From: a virus | Taxonomy: Duplodnaviria > Heunggongvirae > Uroviricota > Caudoviricetes | DNA: 39,662 nucleotides | Direction: 5' to 3' (one strand) | Virus record (IMG/VR): IMGVR_UViG_2541047126_000026 | In this document: piece after piece, positions 8,865 through 19,079 of the stretch | Layout of the letters: each line of letters begins with the position of its first letter | Numbering within the stretch: the stretch's first letter is position 1 | Notes under the pieces: model-generated | Told to the model about the DNA's origin: nothing | The model's database searches: none | Seen by the model: the letters and a program-made list of their open reading frames with translations, nothing else | Program-made: the position numbers and the translations under genes

Positions 8865-9471
8865 TCTCTGGTCCTCCCGTTTTGCTGCCTTCACCGTTAT
8901 CGTGATGCACATGACCTGAATAGGTGATCCCGGCAATAACCGCTTCGGACATCGTGAACGCCCCCTGTGATCTTCCGGTGCCGTCAATGGACACATTGCC
9001 TTTGACATGCAGGTTCTTATCCACTGTGATATTACCGGTAAAGTGAGCCTCCGGTGTATCCACCTGAACACCTTCATCGGCGTAAATCTCCAGCGTCTTA
9101 CAGGTCACAATGATCCGGCCGTTCTTTGTCAGACGTATACGGTGCCCCTCATGGTGATACACGCCGGTATCTCCGGCGGTAAGTCCGGTCGGGCGACTGC
9201 GGCGGTCTTCCACCACAAGCACCACGGCCTGATCCCGTTGTCCGCCAGCACAGGCCAGAAAAACTTCCGCACCAGGCAGGGGGACGCTGATTTGCCCGTA
9301 CTGCTGGGGGCGTTCAACGTCATCAAAGGTTTCACCATCCATACCGGTGATTTGCACATTCTGGATTTTCAGCGTGTCCGTTGTGCCGGTCAGTACACCA
9401 CGCCCGAACAGCAGACGAACACCCCGCATCACGGGGGCCAGAAGGCGGCTGATGACTTCGTCATTCATCAT
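8857..9471 (-). CDS. Baseplate assembly/spike protein (Mu gp45-like, gpV family)
   Basis: 204 aa; synteny and size. Confidence 0.7.
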   Translation of the reverse strand: MMNDEVISRLLAPVMRGVRLLFGRGVLTGTTDTLKIQNVQITGMDGETFDDVERPQQYGQISVPLPGAEVFLACAGGQRDQAVVLVVEDRRSRPTGLTAGDTGVYHHEGHRIRLTKNGRIIVTCKTLEIYADEGVQVDTPEAHFTGNITVDKNLHVKGNVSIDGTGRSQGAFTMSEAVIAGITYSGHVHHDNGEGSKTGGPENG

Positions 9472-10585
9472 TGAATTTAATCCCCTGTTTTTTCATCTGT
9501 GCCCGCACGAAGGCGTCCACGTCACCCGCATTTCCGCTTCCGCTGTTTCCCGGCTCTGCCGGAACAATAAAGCCGTCACGGGGTGCCAGAATCAGACGGG
9601 TGGTTTCGCCGTGATTTGCATCCAGCGAAAACTCCACCTGACAGACAAGAAGATCACGCTCTTCCACTCCGGTGCGGGGAGCCGTGACAGCCGTCAGCAG
9701 GTTGATATCCCACAACTGGCCGTTCTCCCGAAACCAGTGCCGCACGGTGGCTGTCAGGCGCACAGAGCGGGCAACCGCCCGGCGCATTTCCCGGACAGCC
9801 CTCTGGCGTGCACCGTCTGCATCAACAGCATGATCCGCCAGCACAATTTTCGGTCTGTAACGGTGGATGGCACTGTCTGTCACCGTACCAACTGGTGCAG
9901 CCAGCGTTCCGGCTGTCAGTGCATCCCCGGCATGACCACCACCACGCCCGTGCCCCCGTACACGGTATTCACTGTGGCGCAGACGGTGATCCACGTTGTG
10001 ATCCAAATCCAGCAGATTTTCGCCCAGCGTCAGCGTGTCGCCACGCTGACTGCCGGCCTGAGTGAAAACCAGTTCACCGGCGGCATTACTGGTTACCAGG
10101 ACGCCTCTGTGTCTCGCGGCCCGTGTCAGCGCATCTGCCACGGTTTCTGAATTTTCCAGTGTGAAGGTGGAAAAGGGCCGGGCTGCCGTTGCATCATTTA
10201 CCTGCCAGCGCACCGTGACCCCGAACGGAGCACACAAATCTGAAGCAATGTGCTCCAGCGTGCGGTTCCTCCACTGGCTGCCCGGATGAATGGCTGAACA
10301 GTCCACCAGGTCACCGGTTTTATCCCGTCCGCTGAGCGTGATCTGAAAACGCGTGGCGCTGATGCGCTGCCGGACCTGATCCAGCCAGCCAGTGATCACA
10401 GGCTGACCGTCAATGCGCAATTCCAGAGACTGACCGGCACGGACGGATGACGGAAGGCGTACACCGGGCATCATTACCCCCAGTTCAAAGGAGCCCGCCA
10501 GATGTTCAAGAGAGCGACGAACACTCACCGTCAGCCAGCCGGAAAAAATCTCACCGCCCAGATACAGTTCAACCCTGCTGCTCAC
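9461..10585 (-). CDS. Baseplate hub protein (Mu gp44-like)
   Basis: 374 aa; synteny; overlapping stop/start with neighbours. Confidence 0.7.
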   Translation of the reverse strand: MSSRVELYLGGEIFSGWLTVSVRRSLEHLAGSFELGVMMPGVRLPSSVRAGQSLELRIDGQPVITGWLDQVRQRISATRFQITLSGRDKTGDLVDCSAIHPGSQWRNRTLEHIASDLCAPFGVTVRWQVNDATAARPFSTFTLENSETVADALTRAARHRGVLVTSNAAGELVFTQAGSQRGDTLTLGENLLDLDHNVDHRLRHSEYRVRGHGRGGGHAGDALTAGTLAAPVGTVTDSAIHRYRPKIVLADHAVDADGARQRAVREMRRAVARSVRLTATVRHWFRENGQLWDINLLTAVTAPRTGVEERDLLVCQVEFSLDANHGETTRLILAPRDGFIVPAEPGNSGSGNAGDVDAFVRAQMKKQGIKFNDE

Positions 10586-11939
10586 TAATCACCTCCACTG
10601 AATGGCCTCCGGGAATGAACAGCGGATCAACAATACCGTTACGGCGCACAAAACGTTGCCAGCCGGTACTGTTCCCGGTGGCACGGTACAGGGTCACCAG
10701 TGCAGGCTCGGTGGTACGTACAGTCACTACTGTTGCACCGGGTAGCTGAACTCCCCGTGTATTCAGATCCTCTGTCAGTGCCAGTCTGGCATCACGAAGC
10801 GTCAGCGCCGTGGCGGTATACCCCTGCCCGGACAGTGTCATCACCTGCCGTTCGAGCGCTTCGCTTAAGTCACGGTTAATGCGCTGAAGATCAACTGAAC
10901 TTTCCAGCCAGACAGGCCAGGTACGGTGGGCTGCGTCACTGTCCGGCAGGGTTTCCTGACTGAGAACCTGATCCAGCAGTTTTCCCACGGTCTGTGCCTG
11001 GGCCACCACGGCAGCACTCTGCATTACCGCCCGTATCAGACGAATATTCTTTTGTGCTGCCGGTGTCAGACCGATGAGAGTCTGCGGATTATCCTGCTCA
11101 TCCAGCACGTAACGCAGGGAAGATAATGTCCTGTACAGTTGCGGCATTCCCTGAGAGACGGCGGATGTCGTCCGGCCGATACTGCCACCGGGCCGGGTAT
11201 TCAGGCCTCCTGAAGACAGTGACGGCAGCGATGGCAGGGTGATCAGGGCACTGAAAAGCCCCGCAAAAGATGAGGCCATGCGGGAAGGTGCTGTCAGTAA
11301 TGCCGTGGCATTCCCTTTCAGCGCCGTGAACGTGGCAGTAAAGGCACTGATATCCTGTACAATCCCCATGCCGGAAACGGCATTTTCCAGGGCGGACACC
11401 TTATCACTGATGGTTTCGGTCATTGCCTGGACATCGTGCATTCCGTCAGAGATCACCGTCCAGCCCGCTTCCAGGGTTTCAAAAACCTGCCCGAGCGCGG
11501 TGGTACTCTTCTGCTCCAGAATGGCGGCCGTGTCCTGTGTGACAGCAGGTGCGGTATCATCACTTACCGGCGTGACATTAATGGTGAACTCAACCACGCC
11601 CTGTTCAGCGGCGTTATAACGACTTTCAAAGCTGTTTATCAGCACATTTAACGTGCCGTAATCCGGGTGAAGCAGCTCCCCGGCACCGGGAGCACGAAGG
11701 GCATCACGCAGACGATTTCGCTGCGTCTGAACATCATCCCCCATCACAAGTACACTGAACGTAAATTCAGCCAGTTTAGGTCCCAGATCGTCTGCCCCAC
11801 CGGTTTCCCGTAACGGATATTCCCGACGGACAATGTTTCGCCCGCCACGTTCGCGCTGCTCACGCCAGACGAGGAACGGCACACCACGGAACGCACCACG
11901 ACCGTCACCAGAGGCCATAATTCCCTCCGTTCCAGACAT
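10569..11939 (-). CDS. Mu gp43-like tail protein (DNA circularisation protein N family)
   Basis: 456 aa; immediately downstream of the tape measure gene. Confidence 0.65.
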   Translation of the reverse strand: MSGTEGIMASGDGRGAFRGVPFLVWREQRERGGRNIVRREYPLRETGGADDLGPKLAEFTFSVLVMGDDVQTQRNRLRDALRAPGAGELLHPDYGTLNVLINSFESRYNAAEQGVVEFTINVTPVSDDTAPAVTQDTAAILEQKSTTALGQVFETLEAGWTVISDGMHDVQAMTETISDKVSALENAVSGMGIVQDISAFTATFTALKGNATALLTAPSRMASSFAGLFSALITLPSLPSLSSGGLNTRPGGSIGRTTSAVSQGMPQLYRTLSSLRYVLDEQDNPQTLIGLTPAAQKNIRLIRAVMQSAAVVAQAQTVGKLLDQVLSQETLPDSDAAHRTWPVWLESSVDLQRINRDLSEALERQVMTLSGQGYTATALTLRDARLALTEDLNTRGVQLPGATVVTVRTTEPALVTLYRATGNSTGWQRFVRRNGIVDPLFIPGGHSVEVISEQQG

Positions 11940-13980
11940 TCACATCCAGTCCGTGACCGGACGTGTCATCAATATCAATACTGCGAGCCTGCCACCCTTC
12001 CGGGGCAACCAGCTCCACACGGGCAGAGGCTTTTTGTACCGCCTGTCCACTGCTTTCATCATCACTGCCCCGTAATTTCTGCCAGGCTTCAGTCAGCCAT
12101 CCCCCCAGATAGTTACCGAGATAGCTGCCCACCGTAGAACCAATGGCAATCCCCACAGGTCCGGCTGCCGCCCCCAGCGCACCACCGGCAATACTGCCTG
12201 CAAGAGAGCCGACCGCTTCTCCCTTGTCTGTGGCACTGGCGCTGCCATCCAGCAGAACCGGGGCTGCCATCGCGCCAGCCCACAGGGCACCGCCACCCAG
12301 CCGGCCGGCCAGTCCACCGGCACTGCGGAAAAAGCCGGAGAAACGCCCCAGCCCCATGCGGCTACCGACAGACGAAAGTAACCCACCGGCGCGCCCCATC
12401 ATGCGCCCCCAGAACCCTGCCCCACCAGAAGAGGGAGACGGTGGCACTGGGGACGGTGGCAGGGGAGGCGTGACCGGTCTTCCGCGCCCCGGTCCGCGTT
12501 TCCTGCGGCCCCGCCCCTGACGTCCGCCTGAGGAAGTATCGGTCGCGCCGGTGCCGGACAGTCCTCCTGTGGGCCAGTTTGTTACAAGTACTGGCTGAAC
12601 GGCTGCCGGATTTACCCCGGTAAGAAAGTTTATAAAACGTTGCCCTCGTCCCTGAGATGTGCCTGGTGGTGTTCCGGCCGGAGGAGAGCGCCGGAAAGGT
12701 GAAGTCAGGAAGGCCGCCGCTGATAATCCGTATCCCAGCAATGCAGCACCCGGACGTATAATCCCCATTCCGACAGCCCGCGCCATTTTCAGGGCACGGG
12801 TGGCGAGATACATGTACAGCAGGTATTTCGCGGCGGTCTGTGCCCCCTGACCAATGCGATCCAGCGCATCACCATAGCCCGCATCCCGCAGAGCCTGAAG
12901 CGTGTCGCGTACCTTTCTGATCGCCTGATAAAACCCTGTCACTGCATCACGGGCATACTCAAAGCCCTGGTTCATGGCTGATGCCGTGCTTTCCGCCAGG
13001 GAATGGTAACTGCCATCAGATTTGGCACTGTCAACCCATGAAAGAAATCCCCTGAGATTACCCTTCAGTTTTTCAAATGGCCCACTGTCCATCACATCCC
13101 GGGCAAACTGATCCCAGACGTCACCCATCATGGCCGTCAGGCCACTCCAGGAATTCATTGCGTCCTTTTGTGCTCCCCTGGCCTGTTCCGCCAGCGTCTG
13201 AAATAACAGGCGAATACTGTCCGGCCCAAGCAGCCCTTTTTCACCAAGTTTTCTGACCACTTTCTGGTCCACACCCAGACGATCAGCCAGCACGCGGTAG
13301 GCATTAATGCCGTAGGTGGCAAGAATATTTGCATCCGCTGCCTGAATACTGCCTCTTGCATACATCTGTTTCAGTTGCAGGGATGCCCCCTGTGCATCGG
13401 ACAGTGACCAGCCGCCCACGGCACCCTGATCCTGAAGCATGGTGACAAAATTTCGGGCCTCCCTGTCACTCATACCAAATCCCAGACTGGACGTATATTC
13501 CTGCATGACGCCAGCCAGCCCCCAGGTGGTTTCCTTCGCATTCTGTATTGCCCACCTGCGGACATCATCAGTTTTCGCCCGATCCCCTTTGTAAAGGGAG
13601 TTCAGGCGAATCATATAGGTTTCCATCTCCGCTGCCGGGCGAATAAATCCCCGGTTAAAGCCATATACAGCTGCACCACCGGCCAGCATTCCGTAAAGAT
13701 TGCTGATCCGCCCGATGGTGCCGGTAATACTGCCCTGAAGACGGTCAAAATCAGAAGTGACATGGCGGATACTGCCCCGCACCCCGGCCAGCGTGCGCTG
13801 CATCCTGCTTCCGAGTACATCTGTTTCCTGCCCGGCACGGCGGGCCGCATTTCCCAGACCACCCAGCCCCGCCTGGCCGGAGCGTGAGAATGCCCCCAGC
13901 TCCTGAGACCACTGGCGGGATTTGGCTGAGATATTGCCGAGCAAATCAACTATCAGAGATGCTCTGAGATTTCGGGCCAT
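11905..13980 (-). CDS. Tail tape measure protein
   Basis: 691 aa; Gly/Ala-rich C-terminus and a Pro-rich linker (PVTPPLPPSPVPPSPS); position between chaperone and baseplate genes. Confidence 0.75.
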   Translation of the reverse strand: MARNLRASLIVDLLGNISAKSRQWSQELGAFSRSGQAGLGGLGNAARRAGQETDVLGSRMQRTLAGVRGSIRHVTSDFDRLQGSITGTIGRISNLYGMLAGGAAVYGFNRGFIRPAAEMETYMIRLNSLYKGDRAKTDDVRRWAIQNAKETTWGLAGVMQEYTSSLGFGMSDREARNFVTMLQDQGAVGGWSLSDAQGASLQLKQMYARGSIQAADANILATYGINAYRVLADRLGVDQKVVRKLGEKGLLGPDSIRLLFQTLAEQARGAQKDAMNSWSGLTAMMGDVWDQFARDVMDSGPFEKLKGNLRGFLSWVDSAKSDGSYHSLAESTASAMNQGFEYARDAVTGFYQAIRKVRDTLQALRDAGYGDALDRIGQGAQTAAKYLLYMYLATRALKMARAVGMGIIRPGAALLGYGLSAAAFLTSPFRRSPPAGTPPGTSQGRGQRFINFLTGVNPAAVQPVLVTNWPTGGLSGTGATDTSSGGRQGRGRRKRGPGRGRPVTPPLPPSPVPPSPSSGGAGFWGRMMGRAGGLLSSVGSRMGLGRFSGFFRSAGGLAGRLGGGALWAGAMAAPVLLDGSASATDKGEAVGSLAGSIAGGALGAAAGPVGIAIGSTVGSYLGNYLGGWLTEAWQKLRGSDDESSGQAVQKASARVELVAPEGWQARSIDIDDTSGHGLDVNVWNGGNYGLW

Positions 13981-13982
13981 AC

Positions 13983-14165
13983 TTACTGCTTCGTTCTGAT
14001 GATTTTTTCTGTCTGTCGGCAGTGCCGGTAAAGTTGCGACAGGGGGAGGTTAAGCGCCCATTCCGGGCCACTTTTTGTCACCATCCCCAGGATAATTGCC
14101 GCTTCTTCAATCTGATCCCGACACTGCGCCTGATCGCCCCCGGTCAGCTGCCAGCTTTCCGGCAA
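13983..14165 (-). CDS. Overlapping +1-frame ORF at the 3' end of the chaperone gene; possible frameshift extension
   Basis: 60 aa ORF overlapping 14107..14165 in a different frame and ending 2 nt before the tape measure ATG. Confidence 0.3.
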   Translation of the reverse strand: MPESWQLTGGDQAQCRDQIEEAAIILGMVTKSGPEWALNLPLSQLYRHCRQTEKIIRTKQ

Positions 14166-14601
14166 GCGCGGTATCCAGCAGGCTGACCGCTGCCATCAGG
14201 CGGGAGAGATCGCGCTCGCTTAACTGTCCAATCTGACGGGGTGACAACGGACCTTCAATGTCTCCCACTGCGGCAATCTGACGGCGCAGCAGTGCAACAC
14301 CGCGTAACGACGGAGACGCTATCAGCATCGGGCCATTGTTTGTCTCCACCACGCGCTCGGCTTCTGCTTCTGCGTCAATACTGTCTTTCGCTGTCAGTTC
14401 CCGGAACGTGACACGATATTCACGGGTCTCACCAAACGGCAGACCATCAAGCAGATCCACATATCCCTTTGCCAGTTGCTCTGTCAGCCCGGCAGTGCGT
14501 GGATCAGCCCCCTCAAGTGCTTCCCGGATTGCCTCCATCACGGCTGCCTCGGAAACTGCCGTTTTTTTCTTACGTGTGGTCATTTTATTTTTCCTGATCA
14601 C
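14107..14601 (-). CDS. Tail assembly chaperone (Mu gp41-like)
   Basis: 164 aa, acidic; between tail tube and tape measure genes. Confidence 0.55.
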   Translation of the reverse strand: MIRKNKMTTRKKKTAVSEAAVMEAIREALEGADPRTAGLTEQLAKGYVDLLDGLPFGETREYRVTFRELTAKDSIDAEAEAERVVETNNGPMLIASPSLRGVALLRRQIAAVGDIEGPLSPRQIGQLSERDLSRLMAAVSLLDTALAGKLAADRGRSGAVSGSD

Positions 14602-14963
14602 TGAACACGGGTACTGGTGGCGCTGGCGAACTTCACGGAGATCTCCCCGCCACCGTCAAGCGAGGCCGGTTCACTGCTCCAGGCCTTCGTCATCATGTGG
14701 ACTTCGCCGGTATCCGCCACAAACTCGATAGTGACAGCAGTCCAGTTGTTGATTTCATCGGCGGCTGGTGAACCTTCTCCGCCTGCCGGAAATTTGCAGT
14801 CCAGTGTCGCTTCACGTGGTTTCTGGCGGTAACCATAGACTTTCGCGCCTTTCACCACTTCACGTTCAAAACCTGACGGAGAAAATGTAGCCCCCTCAAG
14901 CGTCTCGTATTCCTGACCGTTCACACGGATAGTGGCCGTGCCCTGATACTGTTTTCCGCTCAT
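14598..14963 (-). CDS. Tail tube protein (Mu M-like)
   Basis: 121 aa, directly downstream of the sheath gene. Confidence 0.75.
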   Translation of the reverse strand: MSGKQYQGTATIRVNGQEYETLEGATFSPSGFEREVVKGAKVYGYRQKPREATLDCKFPAGGEGSPAADEINNWTAVTIEFVADTGEVHMMTKAWSSEPASLDGGGEISVKFASATSTRVQ

Positions 14964-14971
14964 GCCTTACC

Positions 14972-16471
14972 TCACAAAATGAAACGGATCTGTGCTGCCA
15001 GGAAGCGGAACTGGTTAACCAGATCCGGCGTGCATAACACGTCAAGACGGTTTCGATCTGACGCATTACGCTCCACAAGCAGATTCTTTTTAAAGGTGTC
15101 CAGATTTTCGACCAGCCCGAGTTCCACCCACTCTTCACCCAGCGAAATTAACTGAAGCTTCATGATCTCCGGCGTCACGATATTCTGACCGGCACGAACG
15201 GGCGTCCCGTCATCAGCCAGTTTATGGCGCGGAAAACGTTGTGTGATAAAAGTACGCAGGGAATAACGCAGCCAGGAGAGGGTGTAGATGGTTTCCACAT
15301 CCAGATAGCTGGGATCACTTTCGCCGTACACGTTCTGGCGATACATGGTCACCTGACGTTCGATCTGAACCACATCACCGGCAGCCACACTGACCGTGGC
15401 AATCCCTCCCCACAGCAGACTGTTACGCTCTTCACGCGTCAGACGATCGGCCGGGGCCGGGGCCATGCGTGACGGAAGCGCCAGCGTCTGAAGCGGACGC
15501 GCAGGATCTGCCCCCAGAGACGGCGCACAGGTGGCGCAGACCGCCGCTGCCCAGAGGTAATCCGGTTCAGGGGCTTTGGGAATGAATGTGCAGGTCGCCA
15601 GAAAATCATTGCGTTTTGCCCCGAATGCCTGCACCTCACCAAACGTGCCGGTATGCGCCATCCACAGCACACCGTCAGACATTTTGGCCGGTCCCCAGCG
15701 TTTCAGAAGCTCATTACTGATGATTTTCAGGTTTGCATCATCCTTATAGGGCATGACGACATAGTTGTACTGGCGATCGCCCATACCCGCCACGCTTCGG
15801 GTGATATCCGGGTTAGTGGCTTTTGTTTTGGGATACCCAAGTTCAATGGTCAGTCCACCCGGTGTGGTTTCTCCGTCATGATAATTAACACGGATATCAT
15901 GTACGGAACATTCACCGGTAAAACGGGCATTAATTCCCATACTTCCCTTGAGTCCGCTGGCGTTATCTGCTACCTGACCTGCATAAGCACTGAAGGGCGC
16001 ATCAGCATCGGCATTAATAACAGAGACCAGAGCGTCAATAAGCTCCTTACCCTTCTGCCCTTTCGTGACAGCCAGCAGATAACGCCGACCGCCGATATAA
16101 ATGTGCAGAACACCATCCTGAGAGGCGGTGCCAATTATATTCATGAGACATGCCTGAGCCTGACCGGTGCCGCTCCCCTGAGCAATGGCATACAGTTCAG
16201 CATCAGGATTGATGGCGATAAATTCCGCCACCATCAGGGCAATCATGGAGCCGCGCCCCCAGAATTCTGTTGCCTGAGACGCACGGGTGATCCTGACCGG
16301 AACATCCAGAACACCGGCACCGTCCACGGCATTCTCTTTCATTCTCGCCTGACCAAACAGCAGCACACACTGACGCTGTGCCGGAGTGCCGGTGACAGCC
16401 ATGGAGTTATTAAACTCAACCTCAATCAGCGGTATACGGCGGTCATTACCGATCCCGTCAAAATTAATCAT
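14972..16471 (-). CDS. Contractile tail sheath protein (Mu L-like)
   Basis: 499 aa; size and position typical of myovirus sheath. Confidence 0.85.
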   Translation of the reverse strand: MINFDGIGNDRRIPLIEVEFNNSMAVTGTPAQRQCVLLFGQARMKENAVDGAGVLDVPVRITRASQATEFWGRGSMIALMVAEFIAINPDAELYAIAQGSGTGQAQACLMNIIGTASQDGVLHIYIGGRRYLLAVTKGQKGKELIDALVSVINADADAPFSAYAGQVADNASGLKGSMGINARFTGECSVHDIRVNYHDGETTPGGLTIELGYPKTKATNPDITRSVAGMGDRQYNYVVMPYKDDANLKIISNELLKRWGPAKMSDGVLWMAHTGTFGEVQAFGAKRNDFLATCTFIPKAPEPDYLWAAAVCATCAPSLGADPARPLQTLALPSRMAPAPADRLTREERNSLLWGGIATVSVAAGDVVQIERQVTMYRQNVYGESDPSYLDVETIYTLSWLRYSLRTFITQRFPRHKLADDGTPVRAGQNIVTPEIMKLQLISLGEEWVELGLVENLDTFKKNLLVERNASDRNRLDVLCTPDLVNQFRFLAAQIRFIL

Positions 16472-16713
16472 TGCGGTTTCTCCTTATCGGATGCCGGTTG
16501 GGCGACCGGTTTTTCTGTCGCAGTCGTTGCATCCGCAGATACAGCCGGAGCCTCTTCAGCGGCTTTTTCAGCCTGAATGACATCGCCGTCATCAAGACGC
16601 CGACACCAGAACGGCGTAAAGGGCTTTTCCTCCCCCTCCTGTGCCAGCGGGCGCATTGTGTCGGGATCACGAATCAGGCGTCCCGGCGCGGGTTTGATAA
16701 AGATGGTTTTCAT
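16468..16713 (-). CDS. Mu gp38-like small tail/head-proximal protein
   Basis: 81 aa; synteny only. Confidence 0.45.
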   Translation of the reverse strand: MKTIFIKPAPGRLIRDPDTMRPLAQEGEEKPFTPFWCRRLDDGDVIQAEKAAEEAPAVSADATTATEKPVAQPASDKEKPQ

Positions 16714-17274
16714 TTACAGTTCCTCCGGCGGTTCGACCGCCGTTGTCGTGTTCCCCGGCAAATCAATATGTGCCTCAAACGGCGGCGTACCGGGCGGCTC
16801 CACAAAGGTTTCGTAATGACGCAGGAAGTCGTCCAGCGAGCTGATATCGGTCAGCGGTGCGATCATTTCCTCGCAGGAGAAATAAAGCGCATACATCACC
16901 GCACCACTGTCCGCCTGGGTTTCGGTGTAACCGTTGACCGCCTTTTCAAAGTAAAGCGGTGAGGTTTTTTCTGTTCTGAAGCCGTTAAGCACGGCAATCA
17001 GCCGGGCCACAATCTGATACAGTCCGGGACGGCTGGCCTCACGCCCGTTGAGCATGTCGCCGATGACGTAGAACACCCAGTGACTGACCAGGCGACCACG
17101 GGTACGGCCTTCACCGGCACCCAGCCAGGCAACGTAGATCGCCGGGGCGTTAATCAGCATGGTGCGCAGTACGCTGTCGCTCCAGTCGCCGGGATGCGTG
17201 TCAACAGACACAAGTTCATTCCCGAAATACTCACGGATACGGGCGATGTATGCCTGTTCGGTTTCCGTAATCAT
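16714..17274 (-). CDS. Mu gp37-like protein (tail completion/neck)
   Basis: 186 aa; synteny. Confidence 0.5.
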   Translation of the reverse strand: MITETEQAYIARIREYFGNELVSVDTHPGDWSDSVLRTMLINAPAIYVAWLGAGEGRTRGRLVSHWVFYVIGDMLNGREASRPGLYQIVARLIAVLNGFRTEKTSPLYFEKAVNGYTETQADSGAVMYALYFSCEEMIAPLTDISSLDDFLRHYETFVEPPGTPPFEAHIDLPGNTTTAVEPPEEL

Positions 17275-17690
17275 ATGAAGCCCTTCTGGTTGCGCCCGAA
17301 TACCGCTGCATCAGACTGAACCAGTGGTAAATCCCCGGATTCAGGGGCCGCACCGTTCGTATCCACACCGACCGGCACATTGCCGTTCATGACATCTTTC
17401 AGCCAGGCCAGCGCTTCACGGTAACGGTCACGCACCTGATCGGAGGCTCGCTGATCGCACAGGTAATAAAAGGCAATCGCGCAACAGTGCTGAACAAGAA
17501 CGGCCGGAATAACCTCCAGCGGCAACGTGTAACGGGCGGACAGATAGCTGTCGATAAGGGCTGACGCATCTGTCAGCGCCCGGTTCAGCTTGCGCGTGTC
17601 CGGCTCATCCGAACGGGGCACAGCCAGTAACGGCCTGAGCAAATCCTCGCGGTAACGCGCCCGCATATCGGTTTCAGTGGCGTAATTCAT
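17271..17690 (-). CDS. Mu gp36-like head-tail joining protein
   Basis: 139 aa; synteny. Confidence 0.5.
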   Translation of the reverse strand: MNYATETDMRARYREDLLRPLLAVPRSDEPDTRKLNRALTDASALIDSYLSARYTLPLEVIPAVLVQHCCAIAFYYLCDQRASDQVRDRYREALAWLKDVMNGNVPVGVDTNGAAPESGDLPLVQSDAAVFGRNQKGFI

Positions 17691-18088
17691 GCGCGGGCCT
17701 TTTTCGCCTGTTTCGCTTTGTTACCGGTCTTTTTCCGGGGAGCATCCTGTCCGGCTTCGGCTTCGGCTTCGGCTTCGGCTTCGGCTTCGGCTTCGGCTTC
17801 GGCTTCGGCTAAATCTGTACAGGCCACTGCATGAACCACACCCGCCACGCTCCCCGCATCATCAGCAGACGTCTGTAGTATTCGCACAGTGAGGCATGGC
17901 TCCGCCTCCAGTCGGGCAAGCTGCTCCGGGGTGACCTCAACCTGCTGACGTCCACGCGTGAACAGGAACCCCGCACGACGAAACGCCGAACGACTGCAAC
18001 GCACTTCTGCCAGCACCGTGACAGAATTGTCACCACTGACCTGAAGACCTGAATCATCTGTTGCTGCCACAGTGTGATGTTCATTCAT
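17687..18088 (-). CDS. Mu gp35-like protein with (Ala-Glu)9 linker and basic C-terminal tail
   Basis: 133 aa; ...LAEAEAEAEAEAEAEAEAEAGQDAPRKKTGNKAKQAKKARA; directly downstream of the major head gene. Confidence 0.5.
   Translation of the reverse strand: MNEHHTVAATDDSGLQVSGDNSVTVLAEVRCSRSAFRRAGFLFTRGRQQVEVTPEQLARLEAEPCLTVRILQTSADDAGSVAGVVHAVACTDLAEAEAEAEAEAEAEAEAEAGQDAPRKKTGNKAKQAKKARA
17752..17810. repeat. Tandem hexanucleotide repeat (CGGCTT)n, about 9.8 copies
   Basis: Perfect tandem hexamer inside the gp35-like CDS, encoding (AE)n on the minus strand. Confidence 0.9.
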
Positions 18089-18131
18089 ATTTGCCCTCCG
18101 CAGGGGCCGGGCCGTAAGCCCGGCTCACCGT

Positions 18132-19079
18132 TTACAGATAATCCGCGACAACCAGCTCCAGCTTGCCCTTCATCTCGTTAGAGACGGTTGCGTTTCCGTC
18201 TGCGAACAGTTCACGCTCCAGCAGCTGCACCGCCTGTTTTTCCAGCGAGGTGGGGACAACAATATGGGTGGGTTTGATGCCGAGTTTGCGGCCACCGTCA
18301 GCGGTAAATTCGCGCATGGCTGACCAGCCGTGCCACAGTGCATCCAGCGTCAGCGGTGACTGCATCATGTAGGCCATCTGCCAGAAGCCGTAGCCCACAT
18401 TGCGACGGGCGGATGCACCAAACACAAATTCATTATCGGTGAATGCGCGACCTTCATCGACTTTGGTCTGGGCAACCAGTTCAGCCTTACGGCGATCCTG
18501 ATAAATCAGCGGTTTTACCGCGCGGGAGCAGTCAAGCAGATACCAGGCCGGACCGCTGTAATCAGCCTGTGCGCCGACAGAGCCGGTTTTTGCCACAAAC
18601 ATATTGCTGACCATCTGCGCATCCCCGGAGCCATCCACTTTAGGGTAAACCGGATGTTCGGTATCAAAGAAGTTCTGACCGTCATAGCAGGCCGCACTGA
18701 TCCCGTCACGCAGGGCAGCAAAGACCAGCTCATCCGGTTGTACCGCCGCAGCGCGCCCCATCTCCTGGAACAACGGGGAATAAATACCGAGGTTGTCGTC
18801 TTCGAAGTCATCGCGGCTAATGGCGACAGTGCCTTCAAAAGTTTTGTTCACGATGGCATAGCCATAGGCTTTCATCTTCTCGATGACGCGGGAGCCGATC
18901 CACTCACGGAACTGCGGGAACTGCCCCAGCCAGCCGTAGGTGTTGGATTTCGATGTGGAGGGCACGGTCATCGCAATTTTTTTATACTGCGACGGGGCCA
19001 TGGACATCCCGGCCTGAAAATCAGAACGGTAGCCCGTCATCAGGGCGGTGATCATCGCCGGTGTAATCGGGGTAGGCAT
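18132..19079 (-). CDS. T: Major head subunit (Mu T-like)
   Basis: 315 aa; position after the protease/scaffold gene. Confidence 0.85.
   Translation of the reverse strand: MPTPITPAMITALMTGYRSDFQAGMSMAPSQYKKIAMTVPSTSKSNTYGWLGQFPQFREWIGSRVIEKMKAYGYAIVNKTFEGTVAISRDDFEDDNLGIYSPLFQEMGRAAAVQPDELVFAALRDGISAACYDGQNFFDTEHPVYPKVDGSGDAQMVSNMFVAKTGSVGAQADYSGPAWYLLDCSRAVKPLIYQDRRKAELVAQTKVDEGRAFTDNEFVFGASARRNVGYGFWQMAYMMQSPLTLDALWHGWSAMREFTADGGRKLGIKPTHIVVPTSLEKQAVQLLERELFADGNATVSNEMKGKLELVVADYL

Noticed and set aside
9347-10150. 267 aa plus-strand ORF
   Set aside because: Lies antisense to the baseplate hub gene; Cys/Arg/Ser-rich low-complexity translation typical of a spurious antisense ORF in GC-rich coding DNA.
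15653-16576. 307 aa plus-strand ORF
   Set aside because: Antisense to the tail sheath gene, which has strong synteny support; no independent start signals.
17752-17810. CRISPR-like repeat array
   Set aside because: Simple tandem hexamer with no spacers, inside a coding sequence; no CRISPR repeats seen anywhere in the window.
17689-17892. Plus-strand ORF encoding (LR)n
   Set aside because: Antisense reading of the hexanucleotide repeat inside the gp35-like gene; repeat artefact.
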